Shown in pieces: positions 49,222-64,000 of a stretch of DNA of 64,000 nt. The first letter of the stretch is position 1; every line of letters begins with the position of its first letter. The notes below the pieces were generated by a model. The model ran no database searches. It had not been told where the DNA came from and saw only the letters and a list, made by a program, of their open reading frames with translations. This stretch comes from Mobula birostris. Its lineage: Eukaryota. A program made the translations under genes and the position numbers. The stretch is taken from contig NC_092398.1 of NCBI RefSeq assembly GCF_030028105.1, positions 23,389,649 to 23,453,648 on the forward strand, given 5' to 3'.

Positions 49222-52200
49222 GTCACCGTTTACAACCTCGAGGTAACATTTCTTGCGGGTATACTCAGTAAATCCATAGAATAATAGCCTTAACAAAGAC
49301 CGCACCAACTTTGGTGTTCAGCCGGTGTATTAAAGACAACAAACTGTGTAAATACAATAATAATAATGCAACAAATATGAGAACATGAGACGAAGAGTCC
49401 TTGAAAATTAGTCCGTAGTTTATGTATTTCAGTGATGGGGTCAAGTGAAGTTGAATAGTTATCCCCTTTGGTTCAAGAGCCTGATGGTTGAGGGGTAATA
49501 ACTGTTCCCAAACCTGGAGGTGCGAGTCCTGAGGCTCCTCTACCTTCTTCCTGATGGCAGCAACAAGAATAGAGCACGGCCCGGATGGCGTTGGGGGGGG
49601 GGGGGTTCCCGATGATGGATGCTGCTCTCTTGCAACATCGCTTCGTGCAGATGTGCTCAGTGATGGGGAGGGCTTTACCGTGATGGACTGGGCCGTATCC
49701 ACTACCTTTGGTGGGATTTTCTGTTCAAAAGCCTTGGTGTCTCATAAGGGCATGGCTGAGAACGGATCCAAGTGCAAGACACAGACACTGAAGAACTAGG
49801 GACAGGACTAGGATAAAGGGCAATGGCAAGGACATGGACAGGAAAACCAGGAACCTGGAACAGGACTTGACAAGAGAGCTAGGAGCCCGGGCTTGGACTC
49901 CGAGCCAGAGACTGGACAAGGACCCAGTACCTGGGTCTTGCCTTTGGCTCGGACCCCAGAACTAGGCAAGGACGAGGCTTGGCAGGCAGGCAGGACGAGG
50001 CTGGAGTCTTCAGGCTTGAGGCTAGAGATTAGAGGCAAGGCTTGGCAGGAGGCAGGAGGCTAGAGTCTTCAGGTTTGAAGCTAGAGATTAGAGGCAAGGC
50101 TTGGCAGGAGGCAGGAGGCTGGAGTCTTCAGGCTTGAAGCTAGAGGCTAGAGACTTGGCTTGGCTTGGCAAGAGGCTGGTGGCTGGAGACTTGAAGCGAG
50201 GAGAGGCTGGGGGCTGGAGGCAGGAGACTTGAGGCGAGGCTTGGCAGGCTCTTCCTGGGCAGGGCGCGGATCACCACCCGACAGAGGCAAGGGACAGGAA
50301 GGGACAGAACCAACCCCAGGTAACGGCAAGACTGCCTGGCTTACCTGGGCGGAGGCAAGGGACAGGAAGGGAGATAGGTACAGGGTGGCTCCAGAACAAG
50401 ACTGCAGGCGAGATGAGGCGAGAGATACCGGCAAGACAAGGCAAGGCTTCTGGCAAAGCAAGGCGAGACGAGAACTTCAGGCAAGGCGAGAGTTACCGGC
50501 AAGACAAGGCAGGGCTTCAGGCGACGAAACGGAAGGCAAACAAGGAGTAAGGACAAGAACAATCCAGCAGCCGCACCCTGGTCTCTGAAGGTATGTATGC
50601 AGCCAGCCCCAACGAGCATCAGCTGACTCAATTAGAGCTCAACAAGCCAAAAACAGGGTAGATAGGAAAACCCGGAGCAAGGGTCGATGGACCGGACCGT
50701 GAACCGGAATACGGACCTCACGGACCGCACGGACCGGACCACGACATGGTGTTTCCAGATCAGGACGTGATGCAGCCAGTCAATATACTCTCCACCATTC
50801 ATCTAAAGAAGTTTTAGCTCTCATGCCGAATCTCCACAAACTCCTAAGGCAGAAGATGCTTTCTTCGCAATTGCACCTACATGCTGGGCCCAGGACACCT
50901 CCTCCAAAATGATAACACATTTGATTGGTTAGTGACACAGGGCAAATTCAGATCAATGGGACGAGCTCAAGGAATCATCTTGGTTAGCATGGATGAATTG
51001 GGACGAAGGATCTTTTCCTCCATATGAGCCTTGAAACTAAAGCTTCTTAAGGTGAATGTGGAGGGGATATGATCGTTCCTCAAAAAATTGTCCTCCATCA
51101 CCCTCGGCACCTGGGATATGCTCTCTTCTCATTGTTGCCACCAGTGGGAGGTACAGCGAGAAGGGAGCTTGACCTGGGCAGTGGGAATCCCAGAAACTCC
51201 ATGCAAATGTGCTCAGTGATGAGGACGGCTTTACCTGCGATGGACTGGGCTGTATTCACTACTTTTTTGTAGGGTTTCCCATTCAAGGGCACTGGTGTTT
51301 CCACACCCGACTGTGATGCCGCCGGTCAATATACTCTCCACGACATATCTACTGAAGTTTGTCAATTTCTGAGACGCCATGATGAATCTCAGCAAACTCC
51401 GAAGGATTCCATGCTTTCTTTCTGTAGTTGCATTTATGTGCTGGGCCCAGGACAGGTCCTCTGAAATGATAACAGCGAGAAATTCACAGTTGCTAACCCT
51501 CTCCACCTCTGACTCTACGATGAGGACTGGCTCCACCTCCTGAAGCCAACAATCGGCTCCTTAGCCTTGCTGACATTGAGTAAGAGATAGTTGTTGTGGC
51601 ACCACTCAACTAGATTTTCAATCATTCTCCTATACATTGATTTGGCCTGTGACAGTGGTGTCGTCAGCAAAGTTAAGTACTGCATTGAAGCTGCGCTTAG
51701 CCATTGACCATTCGGACATTGTTTGGCTGAGGAGAAGAAGTTGTTCCTGAATCACCATGTGTGAGTCTCCAGGCTCCTGCACCTCCCACTGGTGGCAACA
51801 ATGAGAAGAGAGCATATCCCAGGTGCTGAGGGTCCTTAGTGATGGAGGACAATTGTTTTGAGGGACCATCATATCCCCTCCACATTCACCTTAGGAAGTT
51901 TTAGTTACAAGGCTCATATGGAGGAAACGGTCCTTCGGCCCAACTCATCCATGCTAACCAAGGTGATTCCTTGAGCTAGTCCCATTGATCTGAATTTGGC
52001 CTGTGTCACTAACCAATCAAATTTTGGAGGGCCTGTCCTGGGCCTGTAAGTGCAATTGCGAAGAAAGCATCTTCTGCCTTAGGAGTTTGTGGAGATTCGG
52101 CATGACAGCTAAAACTTCTATAGATGAATGGTGGAGAGTATATTGACTGGCTGCATCACATCTTGATATGGAAACACCAAGGCTTTGAGCATAAAATCCC

Positions 52201-52708
52201 ACCAAAAGTAGTGGATACGGCCCAGTCCATCACGGTAAAGCCCTCCCCATCATTGAGCACATCTGCATGAAGCGATGTTGCAGGAGAGCAGCATCCATCA
52301 TCAGCGACCCCGCCCCCCCCCCCCCCACGCCATCCAGGCCGTGCTTTATTCTTGTTGCTGCCATCAGGAAGAAGGTAGAGGAGCCTCAGGACTCACACCT
52401 CCTGGTTTGGGAACAGTTATTACCCCTCAACCATCAGGCTCTTGAACCAAAGGGGATAACCACTCAATTTTATTTGCCCCATCACTGAAATACCCCCATA
52501 AACTACAGACTCACTTTCAAGGACTCTTCATCTCATGTTCTCATATTTATGGCTTTATTATTATTATTATTATTGTATTTATACAGTTTGTTGTCTTTAA
52601 TACACCGGCTGAACACCAAAGTTGGTGCAGTCTTTGTTACGGCTATTATTCCATGGATTTATTGAGTATGCCCGCAGGAAATGTTATCTCAAGGTTGTAA
52701 ACAGTGAC
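49222..52708. repeat. Local palindrome: arms 49222..51156 (with an LTR insertion) and 51776..52708, spacer about 620 bp
   Basis: 49260-49370 is the reverse complement of 52565-52670, and 50930-51150 of 51780-52020. Confidence 0.85.
49740..50746. mobile_element. Solo LTR (Gypsy-like), 1007 bp, with internal ~59-bp tandem repeats
   Basis: 5-bp TSD tggtg at 49735-49739 and 50747-50751; ends tctcat...acgaca (TG..CA type with one mutation); the empty site is visible in the other palindrome arm at about 52175. Confidence 0.75.
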
Positions 52709-52904
52709 ATATATGTATTTTCTTAATAAATTTGCTCAGAACTTCTGAACTTTGATGTACCCGTCGAAGTAGCTTTTAAACGTTGCAGTTGTACCCGCCG
52801 CTATCGCGTCCTTTCTGGCAGCTTGTTCCACATAACCACCACACTCTGTGTGAAAAAGTTGCCCCTCGATTCTCCTTTAATTCTCTCCCCTCTTGCACAG
52901 ACAT

Positions 52905-53370
52905 TAATAACAATTTCAATTTTCTGGGTGTCAATCTCTCTGAGGATCTAACCTGGTCCCAACATATCGATGCAGCTAAAAAGAAGGCAAGACAGCGGCT
53001 ATATTTCACTATGAGTTTGAGGAGATCGATTTGTCATCTGAAACACTGGAACGTCTCTACTGATGTACGGTGGGGAGCACTCTGACTGGCTGCATCACCG
53101 TCTGGTATGGGAGGGCCACTGCACAGGATCGAAGTAAGCCGCAGAGAGTTGGGAAATTAGTCAGCTCCATGATAGCACTAGTCTCCGTAGTAGCCAGGAC
53201 ATCTTCGAGGAGCGGTGTCTCAAGAAGGTGGCATCCATTATTAAGGACCCCCATCACCCAGGACATACTCCCTTCTCATTGTTACCATCAGGGAGGAGGT
53301 ACAGAAGCCTGAAGGCACACACTCTACTCTTCAGGAACAGCTTTTTCCCCTCTGTCATCCGATTTCTGAA
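52905..53370 (+). mobile_element. Rex1/Babar-like LINE 3' fragment
   Basis: FNFLGVNLSEDLTWSQHIDAAKKKARQRLYF and LTGCITVWYG motifs. Confidence 0.7.
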
Positions 53371-55024
53371 TGAATATTGAATCCGTAACACAGCACCAGT
53401 ACTTTTTAATATCTATTTTTACCCTTGTTAATTAACTATTATATACTTTAACATATTTTATATGTAATTACTTACTGTAATTCGCTGTTTTTTTCTAGGT
53501 TTACTAGGTATTGCATTGTACAGCTGCCGCAAAGCTAACAAATTTCAGGACATATTAAACCTGATTCTGATTCTGAGATGAGCCGACGGCTGTGACAGAG
53601 AGAAGAAACCCCGTTAATCTGACCCCACGCAAAAACCGCCGGAGGAACTCCGCAGGCCGGGCAGCATCTGAATGACGGATGCTACAAACAACAGCGCAGA
53701 GCAGTACAGGTCCGTCGGGCACCGTGATCCACGAGCTCACCGGGGGCTGGGGTTAGATGAACATGTATGTCTGTGGATGGGTATGGAGCTAGCAAACCCG
53801 TACCGTCAATGTCCAGAGCTACAGAAATGCCAGTGGAAACTCCTAGCACTCGTCTCTGGAAGAGAAAAGATCTGACATCACGAAGATAGGCTACACCTGG
53901 GCACAATTTAAAAGGCTAGGCCAGGACAGGGACTCTAGAGGGCGATCCTTACCTCAGTAAGGGTGATCTAATCTCAATTTAACCTACATTTATCTCTCAC
54001 ATAGCCCTTTAATTTCCATCATCCAAGGGCCTATCTGAGAGTGTCTTAAATGCCCCTAGTGTACCTGTGTTTATCACTAGCCTGGCAGGGCGTTCCACGC
54101 ACCCACCACTCTCTGGTAAAAAAGAGTAACAGCTCTGACCTCTCCCCGACGCTTGCCCCCAAACACCCTAAAATTATGCCCCTCCTCCTCGTATTAGCCA
54201 TTTCCTGGAAAAACTCTCTTGCATATCCTCTGGATCTCTGCCTCTTATCACTTCGACCATCTCCATCAAGTCACTTCTCTCCTTCTTCGTTCCGAAGTGA
54301 AAAGCCCAAGTTCGCTCTTCGCACGACAAGCAGCATCCTGGTAAATCTCCTCTGCACCCCTATAAATCTTCTACACCCTCCTATAATGAAGTGAACACTA
54401 ATGTAGTCCAGCTAGAGATATATAGAGCTGCAATATTACCTCACGGTCTTTAACTCAGCAGGGCGACTAACGGAAGCTAACACGGCGCAGGCTTTCTTAA
54501 GCATCCTTTGACTTGACTGATCCAGGGACGTGGGTCCTAAGACCCTCTGTTCCGCCACGCTGCTATAAGCCTCTCTTTAACCCTATATTCTGCCTTCAAC
54601 TTCGACCCGCAAAGCGAATCGGTTCGTATTTTTCACACTTCACGCTGTTTATTTGGAACCTCTTAGACAGGTACACGGAGCTTAGGAAAATAAAGGGCCA
54701 TGCGCTCGGGAAATTCTTAGGTTACATGGTCGGCACAACATTGTGGGCCGAATGGTCTGTAATGTGCTGTAAATCTCTATGTTCGAGCTTGGTCAGAGGA
54801 GTAATGTCTGTGCATTGAGATTATACGGTGGTCCCCGATGGGCAGCACCTGGAATAAGGTATGCGGAAGTGATCTCCTTGGTTTTCAATGGATTTCTGGG
54901 GTCTTGGGTGGTTCGTCCCTGCGCCGAAAGGACGACTGAGTTCCAAACGGTTGCTTTATCACCCTGCGCCTTTCGAATAACAGGTTCGCCGAGAACCCCT
55001 TTGTTCCTTCACTGGCGCCAAGAA

Positions 55025-55140
55025 CCAATCGCCGTTCTCGCGGCCTTTGTCTCCCCGTTCCAATCTGATCCGCTGGCCCCGTTTGCGCCAATCAGAACGC
55101 GGCCCGGCTGAAGAGAACGTTCCACCGGGTGGGGTATAAA
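55025..55140 (+). promoter_or_regulatory. Promoter of tubulin E
   Basis: CCAAT at 55025, 55060 and 55088; TATAAA at 55135-55140. Confidence 0.75.
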
Positions 55141-55216
55141 TAGGTGCGTTCGAGATGCGCTGCGACAAATTCGCTGAAGCTGGGAGAGCAGAGAGAGAGA
55201 TAGAAAGATAGAGATC

Positions 55217-58189
<2,973 letters not shown>

Positions 58190-60944
58190 TTTTATTTTAT
58201 GCTTGTAAAGATTAGTTTATTTTTCTTTATATTGTTACCTGAATTATCTAATAAAATCTATTTTATGTTTAGTTCTGCTTTGTGTTTATTTAAATAAAAA
58301 CAACTGCCTTGCGGCCTTCTCTTGGAGTACTGTGAGCAGTTTTTAGATTATGAGAACACTCAATTCTCTTTTATTGTCATTTAAAAATGCATACATGCAT
58401 TAAGAAATGATACAATGTTTCTCTGGAGTAATATCACAGAAAACAGGAGAAACCAAAGATTAACACTGACAGAACCACATAATTATAACATATAGTTACA
58501 GCAGTGCAAAGCAATACCATAATTTGATGAAGAACCATGAGCACGGTAAAAGCATGGGTCCTTTTTCTAAGAAATGATGTGCTGGCATTGTGAAGGGTTC
58601 AAAGGAGTTTCACAAAAATAATTCTGGGAAGGAAAGTCTTGTCATGTGAGCAGCGTTTGATGGCTCTGGGTCTGTATTCACTGGAATTCAGAAATACGAG
58701 GAGGGATCTCACTGAAACTTTTCGCGCGTTGAAGGATCTCGATAGCGCCGATGTGGAGGGGATGTTTCCTGTGGTGTGGGCAGAAGACGCAGCCTCAGAT
58801 TAGGATGACCATTTAGAAAGGAGATGAGGAGGAATTTCTTTTAGCTAGAGCGGTGAATCTGTGGAATTCGCTGCTACAGGCGGCTGTGGAAGCCAAGTAA
58901 TTGGGTATTTTTCAGGCAGAGGTTGATAGATTCTTGATTGGTCAGGGCTTTGAAGGTAAACGAGGAGAAGGCAGGGCAATTGGAGCTGACAGGAAATTGA
59001 TCAGCTATTGTGAAATGGCGGAGGAGACTCGATGGGCCAAATGGCCTCATTCTATTATACTTTATGGTCTTATAAACTGCTGTGGGGGGCAGGGGGAAGG
59101 GAGATTATTCATATTCACGTTTATTCTCATGGGCGCAAGTACGTGTATGTGCCCGCTTGCAGCAGCATCACAGACAACTGTCATTCCGTAAGCAGCATTC
59201 ACAAGAACATTTCTGAAGCTAATTCATGTTAAGTGTCTTTGATTGTCGTGGAACACGCTTCCAGGGGTAGTGGTAGAGGCAGATACATTCATAATCATCA
59301 TCATTACGTGCCGCATCATATGATGTGGTCGATCATGGTCTTCCATCTGACCACCCTCACGCTGTTCTTATTCTTTTCTCAATCCGTGACCATGATTGCT
59401 CTTGCCAAGCTTTCCCCCCACGGAAGTGGGCTGACATTGCCTCATGGGCAGTGTCTTGACAGGACGTGTGACCCCAGCCATCACTAATTCTCTTCAGAGA
59501 TTGTCTGCCTGGCATCAGTGGTCACATCACCTGGACTTTTGATACGTACCAGCTGCTCATGCGACCATCCACCACCTGCTCCCATGGCTTCACATGACCC
59601 TGATCGGGCTGAGGGGGTGCATAGGCAGGTGCTACACCTTGCCCAAGGGTGACCTGCAGGCTAGCGGAGGGAAGGAGCACCCTACACCTACTTTGGTAGA
59701 GACGTATCCCCACCCCGCCACCCGCAGATACATTCGGGACATTTAAGAAGCTCTCAGAGAGATGAATGAAAGAAAACTGCAGAGCTACGCGAGAAGGAGA
59801 GGTTAGATTGACCGATTCAAATTTATTTATCCAATGTACATCAAAACATGCAGCGAAATTTGCTATTTGCGTTAACGCTACTGTCGCCGTTGCCGCGACA
59901 CTGTTACAGTGTCGTTCTTTTCCGGAATTCAGAGTTGAATTCCAATGCCGTTTGTAAGGAGTTTGTATTTTCTTCCCGTGACCGCGTGGGTTTCCTCCGG
60001 GAACTCTGGTTCCCAAACACAGTCCAAAGATGTATCGGTTAGTAGACGTATTGGCCACTGTAAACTGCCCGGTGATTAGGCTAGCGTGAAACAGGTGGGT
60101 TGCTGGGCAGTGCGGTCCATTGGGCCGGATGAGTCTGCTCAATCAATCAATAAACAGGAAGATAAATAAATTCCCAAGGATATGCTGGGAGGAGCCCACA
60201 GAGAACACAACGCCACTGTAGCCGTAGCCTTTAGCGCGACGCTGTTACAGCTTGGGGCGCTCCAGAGTTCGGAGTTCAATTCCGGTGCGTTCCGTCAGGA
60301 GCCTTTATACGTCCTCCCTATGATTTCCTCCAGGTTTTCCGGTTTTCTCTGAGAGTCCAAAGACCTACCGGTTAGTAGGTTAATTGGTCATTGCAAATTG
60401 TCCCATCATTAGGTCTGGCTTAATGGGGTTTATCGGGGATTGCGGGGACGGCATGGCCGGAAGGGCCTACTCGCGCGGTACCATAGTTCAATAGTTCCAC
60501 TTAATGTCAGAGAAATGCATGCAATATACATCCTGAACTTCTTGTTCTTCGCAGACACCCACGGAAACAGAAGAGCACTTCAAAGAATCAGTGACAGTAA
60601 AAGCGTTAGAACCACATAGCCTCTCACTACCCCCTTCCATGCACCAGCAGCAGTAAAGCAACGACCCTCACCCACACCCACACTCTTCCGCAAGATAAAA
60701 ACATCAGCACCCTGCACCCACCAAGGATGCAAAGCCCCCAATAAAGGTCATGATCTGCAGGATAACAAAAACTAATCTTTCACCCGACAATTCGATGTGC
60801 CACAGGCGCTCTCTCCATCCCGAATGAAGGGGAAAAGAGGCGTCTCCCTTTCACAGCGAGAGGGGAGACATAACAAACCAGCTCGCTGATTTACCATGTT
60901 AAAAGTCAGTCGCGACGCTTTTTCTCCCGAGATCGGCAAGAATT

Positions 60945-62115
60945 TCTCCCTCTCCCACCCTCTCCAACACCCTCCCTCTTTCCCCCTCTCTCTCCCACCC
61001 TCCCGCTCTCTCTCCCTCCCTCTCTCTCCTATCCTCCCTTACCCTCCTTCTCCCACCCTCCCTCCCTCTCCTATCCTCTCACCCTCCCCCTCTCTCTCCC
61101 TCTCCCACTCTCTCTCACCCTCCATCTCTCCCCCTCTCTCCCACCCCCAGCTCTCTCTCCCTCCCTCCTCCCCTCTCTCTCCCACCCTCCCCCCTCTCTC
61201 TCACCCTCCCTTACCCTCCTTCTTCCACCCTCTCTTCCTCTCCCATCCTCTCCCTCTCTCTCCCTCCCTTTCCCCTCTCCTCTCTCTCTGTCTCTCTCCT
61301 CCTCCTTTCTCCCCTGTAATTCACCGTTTCTCTGATGTTTACCATCTGTTGCATTGTACTGCTGCTGCAGAGAGAGAGAGAGATTTATAGTCTCCATCGA
61401 AATTTAACTTCCAACTGGATTTACCAGCCAGTCGCCACGGTTGCATCGCAGTTGTGTATCGTGAAATTTGTCCCCGTTACTCATGGGTGTCCTTATCAAT
61501 GACGCCGTTAATAACGAACTCATTCTCTGTGATTAAGCAGCCCAATACATTCTTACTGAAATATCATAACTGTGGCAGCACAGAGCAAGGGCAGTTTTTA
61601 TCTGGACAGATGGTATTGATTAATTTCACACACTAGAACTCTTCAGGGAAGCCTGGTCAAAGAACGTCTGATATTCAGCCTTGCTACGTGATTGCAGGGA
61701 ATTGAGAGTAGGCTTTAAGGCAGATGTAGAAGTTATATTGACAAAGTGATTGATATTGCAGATATTTCACAAAATTTGATGGTGCAACAGTTGCCTTTAA
61801 ATCTGCTGTAAATAGTACTCTTAAATACAGACAGGGAGAGAGAGAGGGAGAGGGGGAGAAGGGAGAGAGGGAGAGAGGGGAAGAGGGGAGGTGGAGAGAC
61901 GAGGAGAGGGGGAGGGAAAGAGGGGGAGGGGAGGAAGAGAGGAGAGTGGGGAGGGGAGAGGGGGAGGGGGAGAAAGGGAGAGATGAATAGGGGGAGAGGG
62001 GAGGGTGGAGATGGGGAGAGGGAGAGAGAGAAGGGGGAGAGGTAGAAGGGGAGAGACAATGAGAGGGGGAGAAGAGGAGGATGGAGGGGGAGAGGGAGAG
62101 GGGGGTGAGAGAGAG
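60945..62115. repeat. Polypyrimidine/polypurine low-complexity tracts (60945-61315 CT-rich; 61830-62115 GA-rich); shorter mirrors at 36140-36260 and 36775-36960
   Basis: Seen directly. Confidence 0.9.
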
Positions 62116-63324
62116 GTTTTCACCAAGCACAGGGTTTGCTGGGCATATCACTACATAGATAAACAAACAAACAGACGAGGAAGCAAAAGACAACATACAA
62201 AACAACAACTGTGAATCGAGCCCGTTCTTCCCTCCCTTCCATCCACAGACATACACGTTCATCTAACCCCAGCCCCCGGTGAGCTCGTGGATCGCGATGC
62301 CTGACAGACCTGTACTGGTGTGCTGTTGTTTGTAGCATCCGTCATTCAGTTCCCTCCACAGATGCTGCCCGGCCTGCGGAGTTCCTCCGGCAGGTTTTGC
62401 ATGGGGTCAGATTAACAGGGTTTCTTGTCTCTATCACAGCCGTCGGCTCATCTCAGAATCAGAATCAGGTTTAATATGTCGTGAAATTTGTTAGCTTTGT
62501 GGCAGCTGTACAATGGAATACGTGGTAAACCTAGAAAAAAACAGCGAATTACAGTAAGTAATTACTGGGGCAGTATGTCAGCATATGGTTACTGTGAAAC
62601 TGTTGCTGCACCAATGATCACCAGGTGGGGTTTCCTTCTAATTCCATTTGAGGTACAGAACGGGTAATGGGCTTTTCAGGCCCACTGAGCCCATGCCGCC
62701 CAAAGACACCCATGTGTCCAAATCACCGAATAACCCGTACATCTTTGGAATGCGGGAGGAACCCGGAGCACCCAGCGGTCATGGGGAGAACGTACAAACT
62801 GCTTACAAGCAGCAGCTGGAATTGACCCCAGATGGCACGGTAGCATAGTGGTTAGCTTAACGCTGTTACAGGGCAGGCGACCCGGGGTCAGTCCCCATTG
62901 CCTGTAAGGAGTTTGTCTGTTTGCTCTTTTCTCTCAAAGGCGCGAGTTGTGGGTATGCTATGTTGGCACCCATACGATCCTCACCGATTTGAATTGACAC
63001 AAACGACGCATTTCACTGTATGTTTCGACGCCCTTGTGACTAACAGAGCAAATCTTTGAACAGGCTGCCAGGGTACTGGTCTTTAAGAGGCAGTCAGACT
63101 GACACAGACAGGGCAGAGAATGGAAGATTGTGGAGCTTGTGCAGACAGGTGGGATTAGTTTAACTTGGTGTGCTCAGCAGAAACATTATGGGCCGAAGGG
63201 CCTGTTCTGCGTCATTGTTCTATCCTCCTATAAAGACTACATACATCATATGTATGAGGACTAACCAATCAGGAGGGACGGATTAGTGGCGTATATATAC
63301 CACCGGACAAGATATGCCCAGGCA

Positions 63325-64000
63325 ACACTCACAACACTCTGGAGGAACTCAGCAGGTCGGGCAGCATCCGTGGAAACGATCAGTCAACGTTTCGGGCCGG
63401 AACCCTTCGTCAGGACTGTAGAGGGAGGGGGCAGAGGCCCTATAAGGAAGGTGGGGGGAGGGTGGGAAGGAGAAGGCTGGTAGGCTCCAGGTGAAAAACC
63501 AGTAAGGGGAAAGATAAAGGGGTGGGGGAGGGGAAGCAGGGAGGTGATAGGCAGGAAAGGTGAAGAAGGAATAGGGGAAAACACAATGGGTAGTAGAAGG
63601 AGGCGGAACCATGAGGGAGGTGATAGGCAGCTGGGGGAGGGGGAGGGAATTACCGGAAGTTGGAGAATTCTATGTTCATACCAAGGGCCTGGAGACTACC
63701 TAGACGGATTATGAAGTGTTGCTCCGCCAACCTGAGTTTAGCCTCATCATGGCAGTAGAGGAGGCCATGTATGGACATATTCAAATGGGAATGGGAAGCA
63801 GAGTTGAACTGGATGGCAACCGGGAGATCCTGTCTCTTGCGGTGGACGGAGCGGAGGTGCTCTGCCCCTTCCCTCTTAAGTGGTGACGAAGGTTCTCGGC
63901 CAGAAACGTTGACTGATCGTTTCCACGGATGCTGCCCGACCTGCTGAGTTCCTCCAGCGAGTTGTGAGAGTTGCTGTGACCCCAGCATCTGCAGAGTATT
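63325..64000 (-). mobile_element. Penelope-like element 3' part (63325..63860, minus) with an inverted tail copy (63860..64000, plus)
   Basis: GIY-YIG C-terminus EHLRSV...LPVAIQFNSASHSHLNMSIHGLLYCHDEAKLRLAEQHFIIRLGSLQALGMNIEFSNFR*. Confidence 0.8.
63381..63418 (-). ncRNA. Minimal type I hammerhead ribozyme in the Penelope tail
   Basis: Minus strand reads CAGUC-CUGACGA-A-GGG(UUCCGG)CCC-GAAA-CGUU-GACUG: stem I CAGUC/GACUG, intact CUGANGA and GAAA cores, stem II GGG/CCC, palindromic ACGU helix III, GUU cleavage triplet. Confidence 0.7.

Noticed and set aside
60896-62262. Pro/Ser/Leu- and Arg/Glu/Gly-rich ORFs
   Set aside because: Translations of CT/GA low-complexity tracts.

Overview
Eukaryotic vertebrate DNA, most likely from a cartilaginous fish (inferred from the CR1, Penelope and V-SINE/HE1-like repeat content). 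The left end holds the 5' part of ALAS2 on the minus strand: a non-coding exon 1 with a canonical iron-responsive element, a GATA/CACCC promoter, and a coding exon 2 with two heme-regulatory CP motifs. The rest is a cluster of divergent five-exon alpha-tubulin genes: four intact 450-aa genes in two subtypes (B+/C- and D-/E+), one pseudogene and one orphan 3' fragment. None encodes a C-terminal Tyr, all tails contain basic residues, and helices H11/H12 are remodelled. The cluster is built from interlocking multi-kb inverted duplications and shows a gene-conversion mosaic. Spacers contain nested CR1 and Rex1 LINEs, SINEs, a solo LTR, a Tc1 remnant, and Penelope-like elements carrying minimal hammerhead ribozymes. 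There is one 129-nt N gap. All coordinates and comparisons were read by eye; no database search was run.
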